A program made the translations under genes and the position numbers. DNA of 64,000 nucleotides from an uncultured Nitrososphaerota archaeon (lineage in GTDB: Archaea > Thermoproteota > Methanomethylicia > Methanomethylicales > Methanomethylicaceae): the NCBI GenBank assembly GCA_964634735.1, contig CAZWMA010000001.1, positions 73,350 through 137,349 of the forward strand, written 5' to 3'. Shown here in pieces: positions 29,981 to 39,907 of the stretch. Position 1 is the first letter of the stretch; each line of letters opens with the position of its first letter. Under the pieces are notes generated by a model, which was given only the letters and a program-made list of their open reading frames with translations, was not told the DNA's origin and ran no database searches.

Positions 29981-32416
29981 TTACCTAACAAGCTCTGCGC
30001 CATCGTCCCCCACGACGCACTCGAGCTCCGCTATGTGCAAAGTCTGCTTGATAGTCCACTCGTTCTCCTTGCAGACCCTCACTATCTCTTCGCTGCCGGA
30101 GACCCTGCCGAGCCTGATCTCCGCTGAGAGGGCTACCTTCATCTCGACTTTCTTCGTCCTGAGGCTGGATATTGCCTTGACCAGCAGCCCCCCCACGGCT
30201 CCGTCTGCCGCGTCCCTCTCTTCCGCAGCCGGCCAAGCCGCAGCATGGACCGAAATAGCGCCCTGCCCGTCCTTAAACACCGTCTGATAAATCTCCTCGG
30301 TGATGTGCGGGCATATCGGGGCGAAGAGCCTGATGAACGTCCATATGACCTTGTACAGCGTGGCCTTTGCTGCCCTCTGGCTCTCCGGGGTCTTCGGTCC
30401 GTAGAGACGCGGTTTCACAGCTTCGATGTACTGGTCGCAAAGGTCGTGCCAATAGAAGCGCTGGAGCAGGTCGACCGCGACGTTGAACTGGTAGCTGTCC
30501 ATGGCTTCGGTCACCTTCGGCACCGTCTCGGCAAGCCTGAAGAGGATCCACCTGTCGATGTCCTCGAGCTCGCCCTCCACGACCTCATATGACTTCTCGC
30601 TGAAGAATCCCTCAGCAAAGCGCGCCGATGACCAAACCTTCTGCAGGAACCCCTTGCCGTACTTGACCGGCTCCCACTTGAACGGGAAGTCCGACCCAAG
30701 GGTCAGCGAGAGCAGCGCTTGGCGTATCGCGTCGGCGCCGTACTCATTTATGCCCTGCTCCGGGACTATGACGTTTCCCTTGGACTTGGACATCCTCGAC
30801 CCATCCGGCCCGAGTATGTGGCCGTTTATCAGCGCACCCTTGAACGGCGCCTGCCCTGTCAGCAGATGGCACCTGAGCGTCGAGTAGTACATCCACGTCC
30901 TTATGATGTCGTGGCCCTGCTGCCTGAGGTCAGCCGGATACGCCTTCTTGAACCTCTCCTTGTCCGTGAAGTACCCCGTGGCCACGAGGGGCGTTATGCT
31001 CGAGTCGACCCAGCAGTCGCATACGTCGGTGGTGCCGACTATCTCCGAACTGCCGCACTTGGGGCATCTCTCTACCGGCGGTTTGCTCGACGTCGTGTCG
31101 ACCGGAAGGTCCTCCTCCCTTGGGGGGATTATCTCGTTGCAGGACCTGCAGTGCCAGAACGGTATGGGCGTCCCGAAGACACGCTGACGAGAAATCAGCC
31201 AGTCCCACTCGATGCTGTTGATCCAGTCATCGAGCCTCGGGCTCATGAACTTCGGCGTCCACTTCATCTGGCCGTTGTCGGTCAGCATCATCTCCCTGAA
31301 CTCCTTCGACTTTATGAACCACTGGTCCTTGACAAGAAACTCTATAGGAGTCATGCAGTCGGCGCGCTCGTTGTGCGTTAGCACGTTGTGCTCGAACTCC
31401 TCGATCTTCGATATCATGCCCGCAGCCTGCAGGTCCTTGGCCATCTCCTCCCGAGCCATATGCGCCTTCATGCCCGTGTACTTCCCGGCGTTTGCCATCC
31501 TGCCGTACTCGTCGACCGCCCTGGTGATGGGTAGCCTGTAAGTCTGCTGCCACTTGATGTCCTGCTCGTCGCCGTATGTGCAGACCATGACAACGCCTGT
31601 GCCGAAAGCCATGTCTACCGCCTCGTCGGCGATGACCCTGACCTTGTTTCCGAAGACCGGGACCGCAACCTCCTTCCCGACCAGCGCGCCGTACCTCTCG
31701 TCCTGCGGGTTGACCGCCACCGCCTGGCAGGCATTCAGGAGCTCCGGCCTTGTCGTCGCGATCTCGGCGCTCCCGCTCCCGTCGGCCGTTACGAACTTCA
31801 CAAAGAACAGCTTGCCCTTCTTCTGCACGTAGCCAAGTTCAGCTTGGGCCAAAGCCGTGCCGCATTTGGGGCACCACTGGACCGGGAATTCCTTCTTGTA
31901 GATGAGCCCCTTCCCGTACATAGTCAGGAGGGTTCCCTGCACCGCCTTCCAGTAGCTCTTATCCATGGTCCTGAACTCGAGCTGCTCCCAGTCCGGGCGG
32001 TAGCCGAGCCTTATCATGGTCCTCTTCATGCTGGTGATCATGTTGGTCGTCCATTCGACGCACTTCTCCCTGAAGAGCTTCCTGTCGTCCCTGGGGACCT
32101 TCCATTTGAACTGGACCTTGAGCTCAGTAGGGAGCCCCTGGCAGTCCCACCCCTGGGGGAGTATGACGTCGTAGCCCCTCATCCTCTTGTAGCGGGCAAG
32201 CGTGTCGTTTATTGAGTTCCAGTATGCGTGCCCCATGTGGAGCTCGCCGGACGTGAATGGCGGAGGCGTGTCTATCGTGAAGAACGGCTTTCCGTCATTC
32301 TTGAAGCAGTAAACCTTGCTGAACTCGCCTGCAAGCCATATTCCCTGCCACTTCTCCTCGACCGCGCGGGGAGAGTAGTTCTTGTCCATCTTCCGTAGCG
32401 CATCCCCTTCAGACAC
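29981..32416 (-). CDS. valS: valyl-tRNA synthetase
   Basis: 811 aa class I aaRS; IDTPPPFTSGELHMGHA...RYKRMRGYDV..PQGWDCQGLPTE is the archaeal ValRS-type N-terminus, with KMSKSKGN downstream; IleRS is already present elsewhere and LeuRS has a different N-terminal signature. Confidence 0.75.
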   Translation of the reverse strand: MSEGDALRKMDKNYSPRAVEEKWQGIWLAGEFSKVYCFKNDGKPFFTIDTPPPFTSGELHMGHAYWNSINDTLARYKRMRGYDVILPQGWDCQGLPTELKVQFKWKVPRDDRKLFREKCVEWTTNMITSMKRTMIRLGYRPDWEQLEFRTMDKSYWKAVQGTLLTMYGKGLIYKKEFPVQWCPKCGTALAQAELGYVQKKGKLFFVKFVTADGSGSAEIATTRPELLNACQAVAVNPQDERYGALVGKEVAVPVFGNKVRVIADEAVDMAFGTGVVMVCTYGDEQDIKWQQTYRLPITRAVDEYGRMANAGKYTGMKAHMAREEMAKDLQAAGMISKIEEFEHNVLTHNERADCMTPIEFLVKDQWFIKSKEFREMMLTDNGQMKWTPKFMSPRLDDWINSIEWDWLISRQRVFGTPIPFWHCRSCNEIIPPREEDLPVDTTSSKPPVERCPKCGSSEIVGTTDVCDCWVDSSITPLVATGYFTDKERFKKAYPADLRQQGHDIIRTWMYYSTLRCHLLTGQAPFKGALINGHILGPDGSRMSKSKGNVIVPEQGINEYGADAIRQALLSLTLGSDFPFKWEPVKYGKGFLQKVWSSARFAEGFFSEKSYEVVEGELEDIDRWILFRLAETVPKVTEAMDSYQFNVAVDLLQRFYWHDLCDQYIEAVKPRLYGPKTPESQRAAKATLYKVIWTFIRLFAPICPHITEEIYQTVFKDGQGAISVHAAAWPAAEERDAADGAVGGLLVKAISSLRTKKVEMKVALSAEIRLGRVSGSEEIVRVCKENEWTIKQTLHIAELECVVGDDGAELVR

Positions 32417-32527
32417 AGCGTATTCCTCCGATTGACCATAAAATGGCGCATTGGCGCCTAATGACTATTGAATTGCAAACGGTAGGATAAAAAGATAAGG
32501 CAAGCGGAAGCCGCCGCCCGCCCCGTA

Positions 32528-32887
32528 CTATGCCTTGGCAGACTTTGCCCGGTCGTTGATCGCCTTTATGGCGCTGAGGGCGAACTCCGCATCCATCTTG
32601 TCTATCTGATCCTCCAGCGTCCGGACGCCATTATTCTTCAACTCTGCCAGGAGGTCCTGAACCTTCTTGCCCCTCCTCTTCTCGAGGTCCTTTACCTTCG
32701 CGCTGAAGAATGCCCTTGAGAAACCTTCGGTCTCCTCGAAGCAATTCGGCATGGGTTCCCCTGCCTCCTTGCATATCTCGATCAAGCCGAGGCATATGTT
32801 GGGGTCCCTGTCCGCTGGGCACCTGTCTTCGCAGTGTGCCCTTGCATACTTCAGTATGCCCTTGAGATCCTTTTCGCTTGTGTCCAC
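32528..32887 (-). CDS. hypothetical small Cys-containing protein
   Basis: 119 aa ORF with HCEDRC...CLGLIEIC...NC cysteines; no recognisable family from sequence alone. Confidence 0.3.
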   Translation of the reverse strand: MDTSEKDLKGILKYARAHCEDRCPADRDPNICLGLIEICKEAGEPMPNCFEETEGFSRAFFSAKVKDLEKRRGKKVQDLLAELKNNGVRTLEDQIDKMDAEFALSAIKAINDRAKSAKA

Positions 32888-33032
32888 AAGACCTCACCAG
32901 TTGAATTTGGCCTCTGTTGTGACTCTTCACCATTGCTTTCGCTTCGCGAACTCGGCAAATTCATCATTGGCCGTGATTTACTCTGCGGTTGTCAGAGATA
33001 AGCTTTTTACAGGGACAGCGCTCCCTCCGGCA

Positions 33033-34105
33033 TCATCCTTCGACCTTCTTGAAGATCACTATTTCGTGCAGCGTCGTGCCCGTCTCTGTCGATGTGTTGC
33101 CGTCTCGGGTTACCAAGACCGTAAAGTCGGAGAGGAGCCTGAAGTACCCTGGTCTAATCCGCATTATGTACTTCGCGAGCAACCGCAGCAGCGGATTGAA
33201 CGCATCAAGCGTGTTCACCGCCTCGAGCACCCGCTCCTTATACTCAAACTCGCGCCTGGTCCTCCCCGTGATCATTATCACCAGGGGGTGCTTCACGAGC
33301 AGCGTCGGTGGTATGCTCTTCATGAAGTCACCAATCTTGTGCGAGAAGATTGCCCCTAGACCATACGCAGAGGTGTGGAAGCACATGAAGCAGATCTCCT
33401 CCTCTTCGATTCTTCTGAACCCCTCCCCCATCTTCTCGTATGAGCCATAGTCCACTATGTGGTATTGCATGAAGTCCGGAACTGCAAAAGCATAATCGGG
33501 CGAGTAGCCAGATATCTCCCACTTGGAGTCGCAGGGGTAACTGTAGAGCTTTATCGCCACCCGCGTGAAGACCCCTAGCCCGCCGAGGGCTCCCATGAAG
33601 CCGCGCATTATCCCCCTCAGCGATGGTCCGGGGCCGTCCGCTGTGAACCAGTCTGCCCTATCCGCATCCCTCAGACCTAGCGATTCCATCCGAACGAGAT
33701 CGCCCGATGGCAGAACCCATTCGACGCCGAGCACATTTCTCGCGGAGTATCCTGTCGAAGGCGACGTGAACCCCGGTCCGGCGACAGATGTGCTGCTGGC
33801 GAGGGGCGATACTTGGGGACCCGCCCCTGGCATGTGGCAGTTCAGCCCGCGCCCGATTAGCTCTGCCTGCCGCCCCCCTTCGAGCTGACGGGCACAAGTG
33901 GGATGCCCCCGTCAAGCGCCTCTCTGACCACTAACTGCACATGCGCCGTGCTCTTCGGCCATACGACAAGAGCCGGCTCGCGCGGCTGCGCGAAGCTGCA
34001 GTCATGGGCATACTGCCTGACGATCTGGCAATCATCCGTTACCGCGTCTCTCCCCATCGCTTCCGTCAGGGAGTTGTAAAATTTCTTCAACTTATCCGAC
34101 ATCAA
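33033..34105 (-). pseudogene. FAD-linked oxidase (GlcD / D-lactate dehydrogenase family), disrupted and degenerate
   Basis: N-terminal FAD_binding_4-like fragment (33857..34105) stops 5 codons after a G6 run (plus-strand C run 33873-33878); the C-terminal part (33033..33833) continues in another frame with NVLGVEWVLPSGDLV and GIMRGFMGALGGLGVFTRVAIKLYSYP family motifs; ~45 aa of the FAD domain are missing and GG.VA.NAGG glycines are replaced. Confidence 0.45.
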
Positions 34106-34454
34106 AGCCCTCTGTCGCGAGATGTATGCTATTGATTGCGCCCACTTGATAATTATGGTTAAGCAACGTGGTCGGGTCGCATTTCATGCATAAATCGGAT
34201 TCAGTTAGGTCGCCAGCGATTCGGCTCAATAACCTGACTTGGCGCGCCACAAAGGACAAAGTTTTAAAGCGTCTTCCAAATTCGGTGATTACGTGAGGTG
34301 TTTATGATGGGAGGCCGTCAGAAGACAACTATACTCAACCCAATAAAGGAAGAGAGCAAGAAGAAGCCAATATCGGAGAAGCAGTAATCTCTGAATGATG
34401 CTGCAAATGACCGCTCATCGGAGCGGCTTTACAAATTTATAGCAGGTTTGAATT

Positions 34455-35306
34455 ATGCCGATCCCGAAAAAAAGGAGCAACTCGTTATCCATCTTCATCC
34501 CCGTCTCCATCCTCTCGGATGTCCCTAGCCTTGTAGAGAAGACCTTCAAGGTGGGCCAGATCGCGCGGGCGGCATCAATATTCCGCGTAGAGAGGATCGT
34601 TGTCTACCGCTCAGCGAAGAGCGACTCTAGGGAGGACGGCTTCCTGATCAGGGACCTGCTCTCGTACGCAGAGACACCGCAGTACCTGAAGAAGAAGGAG
34701 TTTCCCATCTCGGACTCGCTGCGGTATGTCGGCATGATGCCACCCCTCAGGACCCCGCACCACCCGCTAGAGTCCACCAAGATCGAGTACCGGGAGGGAT
34801 ACGTCCTGAAATCCAGCAAGTCCGGGTCGTCCGTCGATATCGGATTCAGGGACCCTGTCTTCTACAAGGGTGACCTCCCGTTCAACAGGCGAGTGACGAT
34901 GAGGCTGGACAAGGATTCAGGGTCATGGGTGCCCGTCCAGAAGGAGGACGTGCCATACTACTGGGGTTACTCCGTCTCGCTTGAGAACAAGACTCTCCGG
35001 CAGGCGCTCGAGGCTAACGATCCCCTGCTGGACTCTGTCGTCGCAACGTCCAGGGTCGGGAAGCTTGCCACGGCTGTCGCGCCGAGGATACGCGAGCTCA
35101 TGCTGCCCGGGCAGAAGATGGCGCTGCTCTTTGGGTCCCCTGCAGAGGGGGTACACGAAATCATCGCGAGGGACGGCACAAAGCTCGAGGATCTTGCCGA
35201 CCTCGTCATCAATACTGCGCCAGAACAGGGGACTGCGACAATCCGGACCGAGGAGGCCGTGCTTATCACGCTCGCAACCCTCGATTCAATAACTAATGCG
35301 GTTTAG
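34455..35306 (+). CDS. putative SPOUT-class RNA methyltransferase (COG2106/DUF171-like)
   Basis: 283 aa; N-terminal LSIFIPVSILSD...VGQIARAASIFRVERIVVY resembles the archaeal DUF171 protein; sits immediately upstream of rpl3. Confidence 0.5.
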   Translation: MPIPKKRSNSLSIFIPVSILSDVPSLVEKTFKVGQIARAASIFRVERIVVYRSAKSDSREDGFLIRDLLSYAETPQYLKKKEFPISDSLRYVGMMPPLRTPHHPLESTKIEYREGYVLKSSKSGSSVDIGFRDPVFYKGDLPFNRRVTMRLDKDSGSWVPVQKEDVPYYWGYSVSLENKTLRQALEANDPLLDSVVATSRVGKLATAVAPRIRELMLPGQKMALLFGSPAEGVHEIIARDGTKLEDLADLVINTAPEQGTATIRTEEAVLITLATLDSITNAV

Positions 35307-35413
35307 GCGCTTTTTCATGCCTCTATGCCCTGAATCCTGAGGTATCAAAAAAGATAGAAATATATTTTAGTAAAGCTGCTATCAACAAGCTAGTTTACAG
35401 TGGAGGGTTACTA

Positions 35414-36424
35414 ATGGGACATAAAACTAAGAGCGCACCCCGTAGAGGATCGTTAATGTTCTATCCCCGGGTGCGCGCCAGGCGAATCAGCGGTAGAGTA
35501 AGGACCTGGCCAAAGTTCAGCGGTGCTCCCAAATTACTTGGCTTTGCTGGTTACAAGGTTGGGACAACTCATCTCGTCATGATTGACAACAGGCAGAAGA
35601 GTCCTCTCTTCAACAGGGAGGTCATGCGTGAGGTTACAGTTCTTGAGGTACCGCCAGTCCTGGTCTACGGCTACAGGGCATATGAGAAGACCCCCAAGGG
35701 CATACGGACCATTGGCGAAGTCATTTCCAAGGATTTACCGAAATTTGCAGATCGCTCAGTAGCAATTCCGAAGGAATACAACCCTGCGCCAACGCAGGCA
35801 GCGATCGAGTCGCGCCTGTCTAGGATAGTCGAGTTCAGGGTGCTTGCTATGACCCAGCCATTCAAGGTCGGGTTCGGCAAGAAGACCCCCGAGGTCCTCG
35901 AGATAAAGATTGGCGGGAGCGACGTCAAGGCAATCTTCGAGCATGCCAAGAGCCTGCTCGGCAAGGAGATTCGCGTAAAGGATCTCTTCTCTGAAGGACA
36001 GTTCATCGACGTCACAGGCGTAACCAAAGGAAAGGGTTTTGCTGGCGCAGTTAAGCGGTTCGGCGTCAAGATACAGCCCAATTGGCACAAGCACAGGAAG
36101 GGCAAGAGGGTCGTCGCGTCTATCAGCCCCTCAAAGCCGCACATGATGTTCGAGGTACCGCGGCCAGGGAAGATGGGCTACCACCAGAGGACGGAGTACA
36201 ACAAGCTTGTACTCAAGGTAGGCGAGAACCCGAACGAGATTAATGTTATGGGCGGCTTCCTGCACTACGGCTTGGTGAAGAACGACTACCTTGTCATGCA
36301 AGGCACTTTACCGGGTCCGTGCAAGAGGCTACTGAGGCTGAGGTTCCCCGTCAGGGCAAAGAAGGATAAGATCGAAGCCCCGAAGGTTCTGACCATAAGC
36401 CTTGCCTCGAAGCAGGGGGTTTAG
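35414..36424 (+). CDS. rpl3: ribosomal protein L3 (uL3)
   Basis: 336 aa; MGHKTKSAPRRGSLMFYPRVRARR archaeal L3 N-terminus. Confidence 0.9.
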   Translation: MGHKTKSAPRRGSLMFYPRVRARRISGRVRTWPKFSGAPKLLGFAGYKVGTTHLVMIDNRQKSPLFNREVMREVTVLEVPPVLVYGYRAYEKTPKGIRTIGEVISKDLPKFADRSVAIPKEYNPAPTQAAIESRLSRIVEFRVLAMTQPFKVGFGKKTPEVLEIKIGGSDVKAIFEHAKSLLGKEIRVKDLFSEGQFIDVTGVTKGKGFAGAVKRFGVKIQPNWHKHRKGKRVVASISPSKPHMMFEVPRPGKMGYHQRTEYNKLVLKVGENPNEINVMGGFLHYGLVKNDYLVMQGTLPGPCKRLLRLRFPVRAKKDKIEAPKVLTISLASKQGV

Positions 36425-36427
36425 TGA

Positions 36428-37219
36428 ATGCCAAAGAAGAGCGTTGCAGTCGATACAGTGAAAGTGCTGGCTCTGGACGGCTCGGTAAAGTCCGAGCTCC
36501 CCATCCCGGCAATATTCTCGTCTGACATAAGGCCAGATTTGGTGAAGAGGGCAGTCCTCTCCAGCCAGTCCGCCCGGATCCAGCCGAGAACCAGCGATTA
36601 CCTCGCCGGCAAGAAGAACACTGCTGAGAGCTTGGGCGTTGGCCTCGACTTGGCCAGGGTCCCCAGGATACACGGCGCCAACAGGGCAGCCTTCGTCCCC
36701 AACGTTATCGGGGGAAGGGTCGCGTTCCCGGCTCAGCTGGAGAAGATCTACCACGAGCGGATCAACAACAAGGAGCGGCTAGTAGCCCTCAAGTCCGCAA
36801 TCGCCGCCACTGCAAACCCAAAGATGGTTGTAGCGAGGGGACACGCCGTGGCAGAAGGGACAGCATTCCCATTCGTTGTCACAGACGACCTTAAATGCCT
36901 GAAGAAAGCCGCAGAGTTCCGCGAATTCCTGCAGAAGGTTTCCCTCTGGTCTGATGTCGAGCGAGCAAAGGCTGGCATAAAGGAGAGATCTGGCAGGGGC
37001 AAGACACGCGGGCGGCGGTGGATAAAGCCAAAGTCCATACTTGTAGTTGCCGACGAGCTCAAGCCTACATTGAGGCTGGCAACGCGGAACTTCACAGGAG
37101 TGGAATTCGCCGACGTCAACTCTCTGAATGTAGAGAGGCTAGCGCCAGGTGGTCACGCTGGAAGGCTGACCGTCTGGACCGAGTCCGCATTCAAGAGGCT
37201 CGACGAGCTCTATGCATAA
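36428..37219 (+). CDS. rpl4: ribosomal protein L4 (uL4)
   Basis: 263 aa; the translation matches archaeal L4 and the gene follows L3. Confidence 0.9.
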   Translation: MPKKSVAVDTVKVLALDGSVKSELPIPAIFSSDIRPDLVKRAVLSSQSARIQPRTSDYLAGKKNTAESLGVGLDLARVPRIHGANRAAFVPNVIGGRVAFPAQLEKIYHERINNKERLVALKSAIAATANPKMVVARGHAVAEGTAFPFVVTDDLKCLKKAAEFREFLQKVSLWSDVERAKAGIKERSGRGKTRGRRWIKPKSILVVADELKPTLRLATRNFTGVEFADVNSLNVERLAPGGHAGRLTVWTESAFKRLDELYA

Positions 37220-37241
37220 AATAAATGAAATGGTGATCTAG

Positions 37242-37502
37242 ATGCAACCTACCGACGTAATATTGAGACCGGTGTCATCAGAGTCCGCTTTGGAGAGGGT
37301 AGAGAAGGAGAACAAGCTCATCTTCATAGTAGACATGAAGTCCAACAAAACTCAGATCAAGCAGGCCGTCGAGAAGCTCTACAGCGTTAAGGTAAAGTCT
37401 GTCAACACTCAGATAACCCCGAATGCTGAGAAGAAGGCATCGGTGGTTCTGGAGAAGGAATTCAGCGCAACAGAGCTTGCGACAAAGATCGGGCTCCTGT
37501 AA
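37242..37502 (+). CDS. rpl23: ribosomal protein L23 (uL23)
   Basis: 86 aa; the translation matches uL23 and the gene follows L4. Confidence 0.85.
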   Translation: MQPTDVILRPVSSESALERVEKENKLIFIVDMKSNKTQIKQAVEKLYSVKVKSVNTQITPNAEKKASVVLEKEFSATELATKIGLL

Positions 37503-37529
37503 TCAATGAACGTTCAATGAATTGAAAAG

Positions 37530-38261
37530 GTGAATAATATGGGAAAGAGAATGATGCTTCAGAGGAGGGGTCGAGGCGGTGCTGCCTTCGTATCTCCGTC
37601 GTGGAGAAAGCTAGGCCGAGTAATGTACCCTACCGCCCTCCCGAAGGAGAATACCTCCACAGTTGAGTTCATAATCAAGGATATCGTTCACGAGTCCGGA
37701 AGGGGCGCACCAATTGCGATGGCGAACAACAAGGAAGGTGTCTCCACGCTCATGATTGCCCCAGAGGGCGTCTTCGTGGGCCAGAGGATCTTCTTTGGCG
37801 CCGACGCACCAATCAGCCCCGGCAACGTGCTGCCGCTAAAGGTAATACCTGAAGGTACGTTCGTCTGCAACATCGAGAACAGGGTTGGCGACGGCGGCAA
37901 GTTCGTAAGGTCCGCCGGCGGATATGCAACGCTCGTTTCGCACACACCGGACAAAGTGCTGTGCCAGTTCCCGTCAGGCATTATCAAGCCGTTCGATAAC
38001 TCGTGCCGCGCGACCATCGGCATCGTAGCCTCAGGGGGGCTAACCGAGAAGCCGATGCTCAAGGCAGGCGCAAACTACCACAAGTGGCGTGCGAGGTCCC
38101 ACCACTACCCGACCAACAGAGGCAAATCAATGAGCCCGTACGCTCACCCGCACGGCGGAGGCTCTCACCAGAGAGGAAGCACGCCAGTCGGTAGGAATGC
38201 GCCTCCTGGTCAGAAGGTAGGCATAATCGCCTCGAGAAGGACCGGAAGGAAGAAGAAGTGA
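37530..38261 (+). CDS. rpl2: ribosomal protein L2 (uL2)
   Basis: 243 aa; C-terminal ...HPHGGGSHQRGSTPVGR... motif of uL2. Confidence 0.9.
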   Translation: MNNMGKRMMLQRRGRGGAAFVSPSWRKLGRVMYPTALPKENTSTVEFIIKDIVHESGRGAPIAMANNKEGVSTLMIAPEGVFVGQRIFFGADAPISPGNVLPLKVIPEGTFVCNIENRVGDGGKFVRSAGGYATLVSHTPDKVLCQFPSGIIKPFDNSCRATIGIVASGGLTEKPMLKAGANYHKWRARSHHYPTNRGKSMSPYAHPHGGGSHQRGSTPVGRNAPPGQKVGIIASRRTGRKKK

Positions 38262-38281
38262 TCAAAGGAGTCTGATGTGAT

Positions 38282-38689
38282 ATGGCACTTAGAGAATTCA
38301 CGTACCGCGGCTATACAAACAGCCAGCTAGTGAACATGCCGATGGACGAATTCATAAAGCTCCTCCCTGCGAGGCAGAGGAGGTCTTTGCTCAGGGGCCT
38401 TACCCCGGAGCAGAGGGCGCTGTTCGAGAGGATCAGGAAGGCGAAGAACGCCCTAACAAAGGGCAAGAAGCTCGTCATAAGGACGCACTGCAGGGATATG
38501 ATCATCCTCCCGGAGATGGTAGGGCTTACGATTTCAGTCCACAATGGAAAGGAGTTCACGTCGGTCGAGATCCTCCCTGAGATGGTCGGGCACTATCTCG
38601 GTGAGCAAGCGATAACGTGCGGCAAGGTCCAGCACGGCGCGCCAGGTCTCAAGGCAACAAGGAGCTCCATGTTCATACCGCTTAAGTAA
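38282..38689 (+). CDS. rps19: ribosomal protein S19 (uS19)
   Basis: 135 aa; [20 protein letters not shown] motif of S19. Confidence 0.9.
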   Translation: MALREFTYRGYTNSQLVNMPMDEFIKLLPARQRRSLLRGLTPEQRALFERIRKAKNALTKGKKLVIRTHCRDMIILPEMVGLTISVHNGKEFTSVEILPEMVGHYLGEQAITCGKVQHGAPGLKATRSSMFIPLK

Positions 38690-38760
38690 GCCTCCTTCCA
38701 TCGTTTTTCATTTTTTTCATTTTCCATATTTTTCTTCTCGTAAAAAACTTTTTATAGCCC
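38690..38760 (+). terminator. oligo-T tracts (candidate archaeal terminator) between rps19 and rpl22
   Basis: TTTTTCATTTTTTTCATTTTCCATATTTTTCTTCTCG immediately after the rps19 stop, followed by an AT-rich promoter-like AAAAAACTTTTTATAG. Confidence 0.3.
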
Positions 38761-38807
38761 TCTCAAGTTGTAAATTTGCAATTCGACTCATCATAACAAA
38801 TTCGGAT

Positions 38808-39293
38808 GTGTGGTCAATGCCTGAATACGGGTACTCAATGGAAGAGATTAATCCTGACCGGATGGCTAAGGCGAGTGGTAGAGATCTCCATATTTCGCCT
38901 AAGGAGGCCAGGGAGATTTGCGCTGCGATACGAGACATGCAACTAAACGATGCGATGAAATACTTGGAGCGAGTCATCGAGAAGAAGGAAGGTGTGCCGT
39001 ACGGAAAGTTCAATTCCAACGTGCCGCATCACGCCGAGATTTCATCCAGGTGGGGAATACCGTCAGGCAGGTACCCGATAAAAGCCTCCGCTGAAATACT
39101 CAACGTGCTGAAGAACGCGAAGGCTAATGCCGAGAACAAGGGGCTGGATGTCGAGAATCTGCGGGTCAAGCATGCATGCGCACAGGCAGGCATGAAGCTG
39201 AAGAACTACATACAAAGAGCCTTTGGCAGATCCACTCCGTTCTTACATCCGCTGACTCACGTTGAGATTGTTGTAGAGGAGGCAGGCAATTGA
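38808..39293 (+). CDS. rpl22: ribosomal protein L22 (uL22)
   Basis: 161 aa; the translation matches archaeal L22. Confidence 0.85.
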   Translation: MWSMPEYGYSMEEINPDRMAKASGRDLHISPKEAREICAAIRDMQLNDAMKYLERVIEKKEGVPYGKFNSNVPHHAEISSRWGIPSGRYPIKASAEILNVLKNAKANAENKGLDVENLRVKHACAQAGMKLKNYIQRAFGRSTPFLHPLTHVEIVVEEAGN

Positions 39294-39901
39294 GCGTAAT
39301 GCGTTTTTTCATCAACAAAGCATCGAAGAACATGGTTATTGATAATTACCTTAAGAACGAGCTCAAGAGAGCAGGCTATGCTGGAGTAGAGTTCCAGAAG
39401 ACTCCATTGGGCAACCGCGTAGTCATCTATGCGGAGAGGCCAGGCATGGTCATCGGCAGGCAGGGCGTAATGATTCGCGAGCTTGCGCAGACGATCGATT
39501 CAAAGTACCACCTGGAGAACCCGCAGATCGCAGTGATCCCAGTCCAGACTCCTGAGCTAAATGCAAGGATCATGGCGGGCAGAGTTGCCTCCGCATTGGA
39601 GAGGGGCATACACTTCCGGAGGTCTGCGTTCATTGCACTCAGGCAGATATCAGAGGCCGGGGCAAGGGGGGCGGAGATCGTCATTCGAGGGAAGCTCTCG
39701 ACTGAAAGGTCAAGATACGAAAAATTCAAGACCGGCGCCATACTCAAGGCCGGAGATCCGCGGAAGTATGCGATGGACCACGCAGTCACACAAGTCCAGC
39801 TCAAGGCTGGCATGTTCGGCATCCAAGTTAACATATACCTGCCAGTGAACACGATAGACGACATCCACGTGGTTGAGCAGGCTCCAAAGGCTGCGGAGTG
39901 A
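39290..39901 (+). CDS. rps3: ribosomal protein S3 (uS3)
   Basis: 203 aa with a KH domain; overlaps the L22 stop. Confidence 0.9.
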   Translation: MSVMRFFINKASKNMVIDNYLKNELKRAGYAGVEFQKTPLGNRVVIYAERPGMVIGRQGVMIRELAQTIDSKYHLENPQIAVIPVQTPELNARIMAGRVASALERGIHFRRSAFIALRQISEAGARGAEIVIRGKLSTERSRYEKFKTGAILKAGDPRKYAMDHAVTQVQLKAGMFGIQVNIYLPVNTIDDIHVVEQAPKAAE

Positions 39902-39907
39902 TGAATA

